Positions 1 to 8,957 of a DNA stretch of 64,000 nt are shown here, piece after piece (the stretch's first letter is position 1; every line of letters starts with the position of its first letter). Source of the stretch: Gallionella sp. GTDB lineage: Bacteria; Pseudomonadota; Gammaproteobacteria; Burkholderiales; Gallionellaceae. Below the pieces are notes generated by a model that saw nothing but the letters and a program-made list of their open reading frames with translations, was not told where the DNA came from and made no database searches. A program made the translations under genes and the position numbers. The stretch is from contig JBAZCE010000001.1 in the NCBI GenBank assembly GCA_041671105.1, positions 869 through 64,868 on the forward strand, read 5' to 3'.

Positions 1-14
1 GTGCGGCGCCAAGC

Positions 15-20
15 TATAAT
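15..20 (+). promoter_or_regulatory. Possible sigma70 -10 box for tolC
   Basis: Perfect TATAAT 30 nt before the ATG at 51; the -35 region would lie outside the window. Confidence 0.3.
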
Positions 21-50
21 ATTAGCAGTATCTAATAAAGGGCTGCGCAG

Positions 51-1379
51 ATGAAAACTAAATCGCTAATTTTGGTGGCGGCACTGGGTGCCGCAAATTG
101 GGCGCAGGCGGCAGACCTGCTGGATATTTATCACAGCGCGCAGTCTAACGACCCGGTGTTTTCAGCCGCTCGCGCCACACAACAGGCGGGGTTGGAAAAA
201 TTGCCGCAAGGCCGCTCTTTGTTGATGCCGAGCGTGAATCTCAGCGCGAACAGCACCTATAACGATCTGACAACACAGTACCGGGGAGCGTTTCCAATTC
301 CGGGGGCGACGGGTAATCACCGTTACAACAGCAATGGCTACGGCGTGACGCTGGTTCAGCCGCTGTTTCGCCAGCAAAACTGGCTGACTTATACCGAGGC
401 CGAATTACAGGTTGCGCAAACCGACGCGCAATTCAAGATCGCCGAACAGGATCTGGTGCTGCGAGCAGCTCAGGCCTATTTCGATGTGCTGATTGCGCAG
501 GACACGGTACAGCTTACCGAAGCACAAAAGACGGCGATCTCCGAGCAACTGGCTCAGGCCAAACGCAATTTTGAAGTCGGCAGCGCGACCATTACCGACA
601 CCCATGAGGCTCAGGCGCGCCATGATCTGACCTACGCGCAACAGATCGCCGCGCAGAGCAATTTGGAAATCAAACAGCGTGCCTTGCAGCAATTGATCAA
701 TGCGCTGCCGCAGGACATCAGGCCATTGGGTGCCCAATTCAAGCTGGAAGCCCCGCTGCCCGCCGACATGGAAAAGTGGGTCGATGAGGCGGAATTGAAT
801 AGCCCGCAACTGGCCATCGCTCATGCGGCTGCCGAGTTGGCGGAAAAAGAAGTGGCTAAGAATCGCGGCGGGCATTATCCGACCGTAGATCTGGTTGCGA
901 ATTATTCGACAAATTATGCGAACGGCAGCAGCTTCGGTGTGGGTAGCGATACCACCAACAAGAGCGTCGGTGTACAACTCAACCTGCCTTTATTTCAGGG
1001 GGGGGCTGTGAATTCCAAATGGCGCGAAGCGGAAGGGAACAGCGAACGCGCCCGCCAGGAGCTGGAAAATACTCACCGCACCGTCGCGCTGCAAACCCGT
1101 CAGGCCTACCTTGGCGTGGTGAGCGGTATCGCACAGGTGAAGGCGCTGCAACAGGCGCTCATCTCCAGCGAAAGTGTGCTGGACGCGAGCAAACTTGGGC
1201 AGGAAGTGGGCGTGCGAACTAATCTGGACGTGCTCAATGCGCAACAACAACTCTACTCAACTCGCCGCGATTTGTATCAGGCCGAATACAGCTATCTTCT
1301 CAGTCAGTTGCGTCTGAAAGCGGCTGTGGGGGCGCTGGGTGAAGCCGAGTTGGCCAAGGTTAATCAGGCGCTTCATTGA
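51..1379 (+). CDS. tolC: TolC family outer membrane channel protein
   Basis: Signal peptide followed by ADLLDIY; motifs AYFDVLIAQD, GHYPTVDL, LPLFQGG, GVRTNLDVLNAQQQLY typical of TolC. Confidence 0.93.
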   Translation: MKTKSLILVAALGAANWAQAADLLDIYHSAQSNDPVFSAARATQQAGLEKLPQGRSLLMPSVNLSANSTYNDLTTQYRGAFPIPGATGNHRYNSNGYGVTLVQPLFRQQNWLTYTEAELQVAQTDAQFKIAEQDLVLRAAQAYFDVLIAQDTVQLTEAQKTAISEQLAQAKRNFEVGSATITDTHEAQARHDLTYAQQIAAQSNLEIKQRALQQLINALPQDIRPLGAQFKLEAPLPADMEKWVDEAELNSPQLAIAHAAAELAEKEVAKNRGGHYPTVDLVANYSTNYANGSSFGVGSDTTNKSVGVQLNLPLFQGGAVNSKWREAEGNSERARQELENTHRTVALQTRQAYLGVVSGIAQVKALQQALISSESVLDASKLGQEVGVRTNLDVLNAQQQLYSTRRDLYQAEYSYLLSQLRLKAAVGALGEAELAKVNQALH

Positions 1380-1391
1380 CAGACTCCGAGC

Positions 1392-1421
1392 TTGACAGCA
1401 CAGGGTCGTGGCTGTTGTAAT
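1392..1421 (+). promoter_or_regulatory. Putative sigma70 promoter for the polysaccharide operon
   Basis: TTGACA (1392-1397), 18-nt spacer, then TG-n-TGTAAT (1416-1421) in the tolC-manC intergenic region; the -10 is imperfect. Confidence 0.3.
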
Positions 1422-1671
1422 GCTCGTTGTTCACACGCTGAACGCACTGCATGTTCGACGATATCATCAGCTACTGTTTGCTTAAAGCTTCGACTCTTTT
1501 CCAAAGAGATTTTGCGACGCGCGCGGGCGTCAGTCTAGGCAGGTTTTTTTGGTATGAATGCGCTGGTCAAAACCGGAAATTTCTGTAAAAGCAATAACAA
1601 GCCGGTTTATGCCTGCCTGCAGAGATCGTTGAAATGAAGCGCGAAGCGAACCAATTTGCCGGAAAAATTAA

Positions 1672-3168
1672 ATGAGTAGTGTTTATGCAGTTATCCTCGC
1701 GGGTGGTAGCGGCAGTCGCTTATGGCCTTTGTCACGCCAGCATTTGCCCAAGCAATTTTTAACGCTGGACGGCGATGCGTCGCTGTTGCAAACCACCATC
1801 AATCGTTTGGCTCCCCTGATTCAGTCGAAAAACGTGTTGATCGTCACGCAGGAGTCGCATGCCAAAGGTGAGGCATATCATGCATTGATGCCTTATCAGT
1901 CGCTGTTTGAACCGGTCGGACGCAATACCGCTCCCGCGATTGCGCTGGCGGCGGCTCGTTTGATGCAGGACGGTTCAGATCCCATCATGGTTGTGTTGCC
2001 TGCCGATCATGTCATTAAAGACGAAATTCAGTTTCTTGCGCATCTGAATTTTGCGATCGAGGCGGCCAAACAGGGAAAACTGGTCACCTTTGGCATTCAG
2101 CCGACCCGGCCCGATACCGGTTTTGGCTACATTAAAACCAGGGCTGAGAAGACAGGACTGGGGGCTGAGACAAAAACAGGACTAAGTGAAAAAGCAGCGA
2201 GTGGTTCTACTCGATCCTCAGACCTCGAACCTCAGTCCTGTATCTATGACGTTGAGCACTTTACCGAAAAGCCTGATCTGATTACGGCAGAGCGATTTTT
2301 GGCGGATGGCAACTATTACTGGAATTCCGGGATGTTTGTCTGGCGCGCCTCGGTGATCATGGCTGAGATTGAACAGTATCTTCCTGACGTCTTCAAAGTC
2401 GTGCAGGGTATTATTGCCGGCAGCCTTGCCACAGGCGCTTTTCAGCAAGCGGTAGAAGAACATTTCGCAGCGATGCCGTCTATTTCAATCGACTACGGGG
2501 TGCTGGAAAAGTCCAGTCGTGTATCTTTGATTCCCTGCGATGTCGGCTGGAACGACGTTGGCAGTTGGCAGGCGGTGCATGAAATTTCCAGGAAAGATGC
2601 AGATAACAATGCGCTGCAAGGGAATGTCATTGCGATAGACTGCAAAAATAGTCTGATCCGTGCCGAAAAGCGCCTTGTGGCGGCGATCGGTATCGAAGAT
2701 CTTTGCATAGTCGAAACGGCGGATGCGATCCTTATTTCCAGGAATGATCAGACTCAGCGAGTGCGGGAAGTGGTGGATGTATTGCAAGAGAACGGTGCGT
2801 CCGAGCATGTATATCATGCCAGGGTGAATCGTCCTTGGGGCAGCTACACCGTGCTGGAAGAAGATCCCGAGGGCTTCAAGCTCAAACGCATCGAAGTCGC
2901 ACCCGGTGCCAGGCTCAGCCTGCAAAGCCATGCGCATCGTTCCGAGCACTGGGTCGTTGTATCCGGCACGGCGACCGTCACCCATGGTGAAGAGGTAATC
3001 ACGGTGCAGAAAAATCAGAGTACCTACATACCGATAGGCACAAAACATCGTCTTGAAAATCGCGGCAACGAGCCGTTGCATATTGTCGAAATTCAGGTTG
3101 GCGAATACCTCGGTGAGGATGATATTCAGCGCTTCGAAGATAATTACGGCAGAAAAAAACAGGACTGA
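1672..3168 (+). CDS. manC: Mannose-1-phosphate guanylyltransferase / mannose-6-phosphate isomerase, with in-frame repeat insertion
   Basis: ILAGGSGSRLWPLSR..PKQF, EPVGRNTAPA, FTEKP, WNSGMF, SIDYGVLEK, C-terminal cupin RPWG..LSLQSH..RSEHWVVV. Confidence 0.96.
   Translation: MSSVYAVILAGGSGSRLWPLSRQHLPKQFLTLDGDASLLQTTINRLAPLIQSKNVLIVTQESHAKGEAYHALMPYQSLFEPVGRNTAPAIALAAARLMQDGSDPIMVVLPADHVIKDEIQFLAHLNFAIEAAKQGKLVTFGIQPTRPDTGFGYIKTRAEKTGLGAETKTGLSEKAASGSTRSSDLEPQSCIYDVEHFTEKPDLITAERFLADGNYYWNSGMFVWRASVIMAEIEQYLPDVFKVVQGIIAGSLATGAFQQAVEEHFAAMPSISIDYGVLEKSSRVSLIPCDVGWNDVGSWQAVHEISRKDADNNALQGNVIAIDCKNSLIRAEKRLVAAIGIEDLCIVETADAILISRNDQTQRVREVVDVLQENGASEHVYHARVNRPWGSYTVLEEDPEGFKLKRIEVAPGARLSLQSHAHRSEHWVVVSGTATVTHGEEVITVQKNQSTYIPIGTKHRLENRGNEPLHIVEIQVGEYLGEDDIQRFEDNYGRKKQD
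2139..2240 (+). repeat. 102-nt in-frame GACTGAG/CTCAGTC heptamer mini-element inside manC
   Basis: Begins CAGGGCTGAG and ends CTCAGTCCTG; both arms are near-identical to the flanks of the gene at 3212. Confidence 0.85.
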
Positions 3169-3208
3169 GTGAAAATCAGGACTGAGGACTGAGAAAAGGC
3201 AGGACTGA
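3160..3208 (+). repeat. AGGACTG heptamer array (left arm of element A)
   Basis: CAGGACTGAG 3160-3169, CAGGACTGAGGACTGAG 3177-3193, CAGGACTGA 3200-3208. Confidence 0.9.
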
Positions 3209-3211
3209 AAG

Positions 3212-3592
3212 ATGAGCGGGAAAATTGAGCGATTTGAGGATTTGATTGCTTGGCAAAAAGCACGGCTGCTCACTGTTGAAATTTACCGGATTACCGTTCA
3301 CGGTGAGTTTGCGAAAGACTTCGGCTTGCGCGATCAGATACGTCGAGCGGCAGTATCCGTGATGTCAAATATCGCGGAAGGTTTTGATCGAGCGTCACGA
3401 AGCGAATTTCACCAGTTTCTGGTAATTGCGAAAGCATCATGTGCCGAAGTTCGATCCCAGCTTTATGTTGCGCAAGATGTGGGATATATTGATCAGGACG
3501 TTTTTAGCAGTTTAAATAGTGGTACTGAAGAACTTTCGCGAATTTTAGGTGGCCTGCGTGCCGCCGTTCAAAAACAAAGAGATAATCAATGA
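3212..3592 (+). CDS. Four helix bundle protein A (23S rRNA-IVP / Avd-like family)
   Basis: 126 aa with FEDLxxWQKA, [19 protein letters not shown], FLxIAKASxxEVxSQL, xGYI signature. Confidence 0.93.
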   Translation: MSGKIERFEDLIAWQKARLLTVEIYRITVHGEFAKDFGLRDQIRRAAVSVMSNIAEGFDRASRSEFHQFLVIAKASCAEVRSQLYVAQDVGYIDQDVFSSLNSGTEELSRILGGLRAAVQKQRDNQ

Positions 3593-4815
3593 GCACACAC
3601 ACCACTCAACCCTCAACCCTTCATTCAGGAACAGGCGATTTATCGCCTAATGTTCCGAGGGAAGACCCTTGCGGTCTCAGTCCTCAGTCCTCGGTTTCGA
3701 GTCCTCAGCCCTCGAATCTCAGTCCTGACTCTCCGAAAGTTGCGCTAATTACGGGTATCACGGGTCAGGACGGCGCTTATCTGGCTGAACTGCTGCTCGG
3801 CAAGGGATATGTCGTGCATGGCGTCAAGCGCCGCTCGTCCTTGTTCAATACCGACCGTATCGACCACCTGTACCAGGATCCGCATGTCGATAATGCCAAA
3901 TTCAAACTGCACTACGGCGATCTGACGGATTCCACCAACCTGATCCGCATCATTCAGCAAGTGCAACCGGATGAGATTTATAATCTGGCCGCGATGAGCC
4001 ATGTGGCCGTGTCATTTGAAACGCCTGAATACACCGCCAATGCCGATGGTATCGGCACGTTGCGCATCCTCGAAGCTATTCGCATTTTGGGGCTGGAAAA
4101 GAAGACCCGTTTTTACCAGGCTTCGACCTCGGAGCTGTATGGTCTGGTGCAGGAAACACCGCAAAAGGAGACTACGCCTTTTTACCCGCGCAGCCCGTAT
4201 GCCGTGGCGAAAATGTATGCCTACTGGATCACGGTTAACTACCGTGAAGCCTATGGTATTTACGCCTGTAACGGCATCTTGTTTAACCATGAGAGCCCGA
4301 TTCGCGGCGAAACTTTTGTCACACGCAAGATCACCCGTGCCCTGGCACGCATCAAACTCAACCTGCAAGACTGTCTGTATCTCGGCAACATGGATTCGTT
4401 GCGCGACTGGGGGCATGCCAAGGATTACGTCGAGATGCAGTGGTTGATGTTGCAACAGGACCAGGCCGAAGACTTTGTGATTGCCACTGGCGTGCAGTAT
4501 AGCGTGCGCCAGTTTGTCGAAATCGCTGCAAAAGAATTGGGTATCAACATCACCTGGAAAGGCCAGGGCGTCGAAGAAAAAGGCTACGACGAGCAGGGAC
4601 GCTGCATCGTTCAGGTGGATCCGCGCTATTTCCGCCCCACTGAAGTCGAAACCCTGTTGGGAGACCCGACCAAGGCGCATCAAAAGCTGGGCTGGAAGCC
4701 CAGGATTACCTTCTATGAACTGGTCGCAGAAATGGTGCGCGAAGACTTGAAGGGCGCAGAACGGGACGAACTGGTCAAAAAGCACGGTTATGCCGCGTAC
4801 GACTACAACGAATAA
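3589..4815 (+). CDS. gmd: GDP-mannose 4,6-dehydratase with ~49-aa repeat-derived N-terminal extension
   Basis: [52 protein letters not shown]; the ATG overlaps the upstream stop (ATGA). Confidence 0.97.
   Translation: MSTHTTQPSTLHSGTGDLSPNVPREDPCGLSPQSSVSSPQPSNLSPDSPKVALITGITGQDGAYLAELLLGKGYVVHGVKRRSSLFNTDRIDHLYQDPHVDNAKFKLHYGDLTDSTNLIRIIQQVQPDEIYNLAAMSHVAVSFETPEYTANADGIGTLRILEAIRILGLEKKTRFYQASTSELYGLVQETPQKETTPFYPRSPYAVAKMYAYWITVNYREAYGIYACNGILFNHESPIRGETFVTRKITRALARIKLNLQDCLYLGNMDSLRDWGHAKDYVEMQWLMLQQDQAEDFVIATGVQYSVRQFVEIAAKELGINITWKGQGVEEKGYDEQGRCIVQVDPRYFRPTEVETLLGDPTKAHQKLGWKPRITFYELVAEMVREDLKGAERDELVKKHGYAAYDYNE
3604..3727 (+). repeat. CTCAGTC-family heptamer array (right arm of element A), interrupted by a structured motif
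   Basis: CTCAACC units at 3605-3618; TCTCAGTCCTCAGTCCT 3675-3691; CTCAGTCCTG 3718-3727. Confidence 0.88.
3618..3674 (+). other. 57-nt two-hairpin motif, copy 1
   Basis: CCTTCATTCA GGAACA GGCGA TTTA TCGCC TAA TGTTCC GA GGG AAGA CCC TTGCGG; a second copy at 4896 has compensatory changes. Confidence 0.75.
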
Positions 4816-4821
4816 AGAAAG

Positions 4822-4984
4822 ACAGGTGCAAGATACAAGGTATAAGGCTCAGGAAAACCCTTGGTTTGCTTTTAACTTTTTACCCGCACCTTGCACCTTC
4901 ATTCAGCAACAGCAGCCTTGGCTGCGTTGTTGCGTGGGAATGCCCTTGCGGAATTGAACCTTGAACCTTGTCTCTTGAGCCCTT
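4822..4984 (+). repeat. CAAGG/CCTTG heptamer inverted array upstream of four helix bundle B
   Basis: ACAGGTG CAAGATA CAAGGTA TAAGGCT (4822-4849), followed by CACCTTG/AACCTTG units (4887-4970). Confidence 0.82.
4896..4951 (+). other. 56-nt two-hairpin motif, copy 2
   Basis: CCTTCATTCA GCAACA GCAGC CTTG GCTGC GT TGTTGC GT GGG AATG CCC TTGCGG. Confidence 0.75.
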
Positions 4985-4990
4985 ATTGAT

Positions 4991-5344
4991 ATGTCCAGAT
5001 TTGAAGATCTTGAAGTGTGGAAGAGATCGACTCGTTTGAGTGCGAACTTGTATAAAGAACTGGCCGGACTAAATGATTTTGGTTTTCGCGATCAAATTAC
5101 GCGAGCGGGACTCTCGGTGCCATCGAATATCGCGGAAGGTTATGAGAGAAACTCGGACAAAGAACTTGCGAATTTTTTGAACTACGCCAAGGGCTCGGCC
5201 GGAGAACTCAGAACCCAGATTTATATCGGTATGGACATCGGCTACATTAAATATGAAATCGGCAAAAGCTGGTTGCACGAATGCGAAGAAATTTCGAAAA
5301 TGCTGCACGGGCTTATTGGTGCTGTTCGTTCTCGTATAGAATAA
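4991..5344 (+). CDS. Four helix bundle protein B (23S rRNA-IVP / Avd-like family)
   Basis: 117 aa; [44 protein letters not shown]. Confidence 0.93.
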   Translation: MSRFEDLEVWKRSTRLSANLYKELAGLNDFGFRDQITRAGLSVPSNIAEGYERNSDKELANFLNYAKGSAGELRTQIYIGMDIGYIKYEIGKSWLHECEEISKMLHGLIGAVRSRIE

Positions 5345-5565
5345 CAGGTGAAAGATGCAAGCTACAAGACACAAGGTAAAGTCTAAAGCGGAAAAAATCA
5401 GCCCAAGTTTTTTCTTGCTCCTTGTGCCTGATTTTGCCTTTTGCCTTGAACCTTTTGCCTTGAACCTTTTGCCTTAAACCTTGCTTCTTGAATCTTGAAC
5501 CTGACTTTATGAACCTTATATCTGAATCTGGCTTACCCCTTGCACCTTGCTCCTTGAACCTTGAA
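5344..5565 (+). repeat. CAAGG/CCTTG heptamer inverted array downstream of four helix bundle B
   Basis: Five G-rich units at 5344-5378; nine in-register CCTTTTG/CCTTGAA/TCTTGAA-type units at 5437-5499; four more at 5538-5565. Confidence 0.9.
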
Positions 5566-6510
5566 TCTAAGGTATATGTCGCAGGTCATCGCGGCTTGGC
5601 CGGCGGCGCTATCGTGCGAGAGTTGCAGCGCCAGGGCTACACCAATCTGGTTGTGCGTACTCATGCCGAACTGGATCTGGAAGATGCTGCTGCGACGCTG
5701 CGATTCTTTGAGCAGGAGCATCCCGAATTAGTGTTCCTGGCCGCCGCCAAGGTGGGTGGCATTCATGCCAACAATACTTATCCGGTGGACTTTTTGATGA
5801 GCAATTTGCTCATCGAAGCCAATATCTGTCGTGCAGCGCACGCGGCGAGTGTTAAACGGCTGATCTTCCTGGGCAGTTCATGTATTTACCCGCGCGACTG
5901 TCCGCAGCCTATCAAGGAAGAGTATTTGCTTACAGGTCCGCTGGAAGCAACCAACCGCCCTTATGCTTTGGCCAAGATTGCAGGCGTTGAGATGTGTTGG
6001 TCTTATAATCGCCAATATGCTACAAAATGGCTGGCCGCGATGCCGACCAACCTGTATGGTCCGGGCGATAATTATGACCTGAACAATTCTCATGTGTTGC
6101 CTGCGCTGATCCGTAAGATGCATGAGGCTAAAGTGGCTAATGATGAAAAGGTCGTCTTGTGGGGAACGGGAACGCCGCGCCGCGAATTTTTGTATGTGGA
6201 TGATCTGGCCTGCGCGCTGGTGTTTCTCGCCACCTTGGATGAGGTGCGCTACGATGCGCTTGTCGAACCAGCGCATTGTCCGCTCATCAACGTGGGCTCC
6301 GGGGAAGATTTGACTATCCGTGAACTGGCTGAAACGATTGCAGAGGTCGTTGGCTATCGGGGCAGGTTTGTGCAGGACACATCCAAGCCCGATGGTACGA
6401 TGCGCAAGATTATGGATGTATCACGCATCAAGACTCTGGGCTGGCAACCAAAGACATCGCTAAGGGAAGGCATTGCCTTGTCCTATCAGGATTTGATTGG
6501 CAGGGTGTAA
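5488..6510 (+). CDS. fcl: GDP-L-fucose synthase (start uncertain: TTG 5488, ATG 5509 or TTG 5554)
   Basis: [76 protein letters not shown]. Confidence 0.95.
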   Translation: MNLEPDFMNLISESGLPLAPCSLNLESKVYVAGHRGLAGGAIVRELQRQGYTNLVVRTHAELDLEDAAATLRFFEQEHPELVFLAAAKVGGIHANNTYPVDFLMSNLLIEANICRAAHAASVKRLIFLGSSCIYPRDCPQPIKEEYLLTGPLEATNRPYALAKIAGVEMCWSYNRQYATKWLAAMPTNLYGPGDNYDLNNSHVLPALIRKMHEAKVANDEKVVLWGTGTPRREFLYVDDLACALVFLATLDEVRYDALVEPAHCPLINVGSGEDLTIRELAETIAEVVGYRGRFVQDTSKPDGTMRKIMDVSRIKTLGWQPKTSLREGIALSYQDLIGRV

Positions 6511-6532
6511 AATACGACTCCTGCCCCTTTTT
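6499..6532 (+). terminator. Possible hairpin/terminator after fcl
   Basis: GGCAGG...CCTGCC stem followed by CCTTTTT; TATAAT at 6532-6537 could instead mark an internal promoter. Confidence 0.25.
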
Positions 6533-6594
6533 ATAATCTGCGCTACCACTTGGTGCTGGAAGCCTTTTTCAATATTTGATGAGAAGATAAGCAT

Positions 6595-7875
6595 ATGAAG
6601 ATAGCGGTCGTTGGTCTGGGGTATGTCGGATTGCCACTGGCAGTCGAGTTTGGAAAAAATCAACTCACCGTTGGAGTTGATCTTTCGGAGGAGAAAGTCG
6701 CCGCATATCGCAACTTCGTTGATCCGACAGGCGAAGTCAGTTCGGAGGACTTGCGTGCCGCGACGCAGCTGACCTGTCACACCGATCCGCAGGTTTTGCA
6801 CGATGCAGACTTCATCGTGATTGCCGTGCCTACGCCGGTAGACGATGCGCACCAGCCGGATTTTACGCCGCTGATCAAAAGCTCGATCAGCGTCGGTAAA
6901 CACATCAAGCGCGGCGCGATCGTGGTTTATGAATCCACCGTCTATCCCGGTGCGACCGAGGAAGTTTGTATTCCGCTGATCGAAAAACATTCCGGTCTGA
7001 AGTGGAAAGAAGACTTTTTCGTGGGTTACAGCCCGGAGCGCATCAACCCCGGCGACAAAGAGCGCACCGTCACCAAGATTGTCAAGGTCGTCTCGGGTGA
7101 CACGCCGGAAACGCTCAAGACGGTCAGCGAAGTCTATGCTTCCATCATCACCGCTGGTGTTTATCCCGCCAGTAGCATCAAGGTGGCCGAAGCCGCCAAG
7201 GTCATTGAAAATACCCAGCGCGACCTTAACATCGCGTTGATGAACGAGCTGGCCATTATCTTCAACAAGATCGGTATCGACACGCTGGAGGTGCTGAAAG
7301 CAGCGGGGAGCAAATGGAACTTCCTGCCTTTCCGCCCGGGTCTGGTTGGCGGGCACTGCATCGGCGTCGATCCCTATTACCTGACGCATAAGGCGGACAT
7401 GCTGGGCTATCATCCGCAAGTCATTCTGGCGGGGCGTCGTATCAACGACGGCATGGCAGCCTACGTCGCCCAACAAACGGTGAAAAAAATCATTCATGCG
7501 GGCGGCTGTGTCAAAGGCGCCAAGGTTATCGTGCTCGGCCTTACCTTCAAGGAAAATTGCCCTGATCTGCGCAACAGCAAAGTCGCAGACCTGGTCCGTG
7601 AATTGCAGGAATTTGGCTGTGATATCAGTGTGCATGATCCTCTGGCTGAATCTAAAGAAGCTGAACACGAATATGGCATTGCGCTGACGGAATGGGAGAA
7701 TTTGCCCAAGGATGCGGATGCTGTCGTGGCGGCAGTCATGCACAAAGAATATTTGGCAAAACCGCTGGATGAGATTCTTGGATTATGCAAAAAGGGCGGA
7801 TCATTCATTGATATCAAGTCCGTCCTTGATCAAGAAAAAATACGTGCTGCCGGTTATGGGCTGTGGCGTCTGTGA
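6595..7875 (+). CDS. UDP-N-acetylhexosamine 6-dehydrogenase (WbpO/WbpA/TviB family)
   Basis: GLGYVGLPLA, ESTVYPGATEE, YSPERINPGD, AEAAKVIENTQRD, GGHCIGVDPYYL, FKENCPDLRNSK. Confidence 0.93.
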   Translation: MKIAVVGLGYVGLPLAVEFGKNQLTVGVDLSEEKVAAYRNFVDPTGEVSSEDLRAATQLTCHTDPQVLHDADFIVIAVPTPVDDAHQPDFTPLIKSSISVGKHIKRGAIVVYESTVYPGATEEVCIPLIEKHSGLKWKEDFFVGYSPERINPGDKERTVTKIVKVVSGDTPETLKTVSEVYASIITAGVYPASSIKVAEAAKVIENTQRDLNIALMNELAIIFNKIGIDTLEVLKAAGSKWNFLPFRPGLVGGHCIGVDPYYLTHKADMLGYHPQVILAGRRINDGMAAYVAQQTVKKIIHAGGCVKGAKVIVLGLTFKENCPDLRNSKVADLVRELQEFGCDISVHDPLAESKEAEHEYGIALTEWENLPKDADAVVAAVMHKEYLAKPLDEILGLCKKGGSFIDIKSVLDQEKIRAAGYGLWRL

Positions 7876-7903
7876 TAACCACCGAACCATACAAGGTGAA
7901 TTA

Positions 7904-8956
7904 ATGTATAAAACTGTAATCAACAGGAAGATTCGCACCGCCATCGTAGGTTGCGGGCGTATTTCCAAGAATCACTTTGGTTCAATCGCGAGCCACCCGG
8001 AAAACATGGAACTGGTGTCGGTCTGCGACATCGACAAATCGGCTTTGGATATTGCCACAAAAGAAAGTGGCGTTAAGGGATATCAATACCTCGAAGATAT
8101 GCTGCAGCAAGAGCAGCTTGATCTGGTGGTTTTATGTACTCCCAGCGGATTGCATTCGCTGCAGGCGCAAATGGTCGCCAAGTATAAAGTTAACGTAATG
8201 ACGGAAAAGCCAATGGCTACGCGCTGGCATGACGGCGTGAACATGGTCAAAGCCTGTGACGAGGCCGGCGTGCGGATGTTTGTCGTCAAGCAGAACCGCC
8301 GTAATGCCACGCTACAGTTGCTAAAAAGTGCTGTCGAAAAGCAGCGCTTTGGCCGTATCTATATGGTCAATATCAATGTGTTCTGGACTCGTCCACAGGA
8401 ATATTACGACAGTGCCAAATGGCGCGGTACTTGGGAGTTTGACGGCGGAGCCTTTATGAATCAGGCCAGTCACTACGTTGATTTGGTTGATTGGTTGATT
8501 GGCCCTGTCGAGAGCTTGCAGGCTTACACCGGTACTTTGGCACGCAACATCGAAGTGGAAGATACCGGTGTGGTGAGCATCAAATGGCGCTCTGGCGCGC
8601 TCGGATCGATGAATGTTACCATGCTGACCTACCCCAGGAATCTTGAAGGTTCCATCACTATCATTGGCGAAAAAGGCACTGTTCGCGTAGGTGGCCTGGC
8701 CGTGAATGAAATTCAGCATTGGGAATTCGCAGACGCGGATCCCGATGATGAGCTGGTAAAAACAGCCAGCTATCAAACCACATCGGTTTATGGTTTCGGA
8801 CATCCACTTTACTACAAGAACGTGATTGACGTGTTACGCGGTGAAGCAGAGCCTGAAACGGACGGACGCGAAGGCTTGCGTTCTCTGGAAATGTTGATTG
8901 CTACGTATCTTTCTGCGCGCGATGGCAAGCGTGTTTCTTTACCCCTGGATTACTAA
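7904..8956 (+). CDS. Gfo/Idh/MocA oxidoreductase, WbpB/WlbA-like UDP-GlcNAcA 3-dehydrogenase
   Basis: [46 protein letters not shown]; ATG at 7904 preceded by AAGGTG. Confidence 0.88.
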   Translation: MYKTVINRKIRTAIVGCGRISKNHFGSIASHPENMELVSVCDIDKSALDIATKESGVKGYQYLEDMLQQEQLDLVVLCTPSGLHSLQAQMVAKYKVNVMTEKPMATRWHDGVNMVKACDEAGVRMFVVKQNRRNATLQLLKSAVEKQRFGRIYMVNINVFWTRPQEYYDSAKWRGTWEFDGGAFMNQASHYVDLVDWLIGPVESLQAYTGTLARNIEVEDTGVVSIKWRSGALGSMNVTMLTYPRNLEGSITIIGEKGTVRVGGLAVNEIQHWEFADADPDDELVKTASYQTTSVYGFGHPLYYKNVIDVLRGEAEPETDGREGLRSLEMLIATYLSARDGKRVSLPLDY

Positions 8957-8957
8957 T

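Noticed and set aside
1698-1715. ops/JUMPstart-like GGTGGTAGCGG
   Set aside because: It lies within manC codons for the conserved GGSGS motif and mismatches the GGCGGTAG consensus.
3212-5344. 23S rRNA gene or intervening sequence, suggested by the family name
   Set aside because: The flanks are protein-coding sugar genes; no rRNA-like sequence is present.
4822-5565. CRISPR array or integron attC cassettes
   Set aside because: Units are 7 nt and contiguous with no unique spacers; no cas or intI gene is present and no consistent RYYYAAC...GTTRRRY boundaries were seen.
6460-7743. Long antisense ORFs (427 aa here; also 45248-46309, 2485-3273, 4012-4785, 41620-42345, 60714-61448)
   Set aside because: They are shadows of well-supported + strand genes and have no recognisable motifs.
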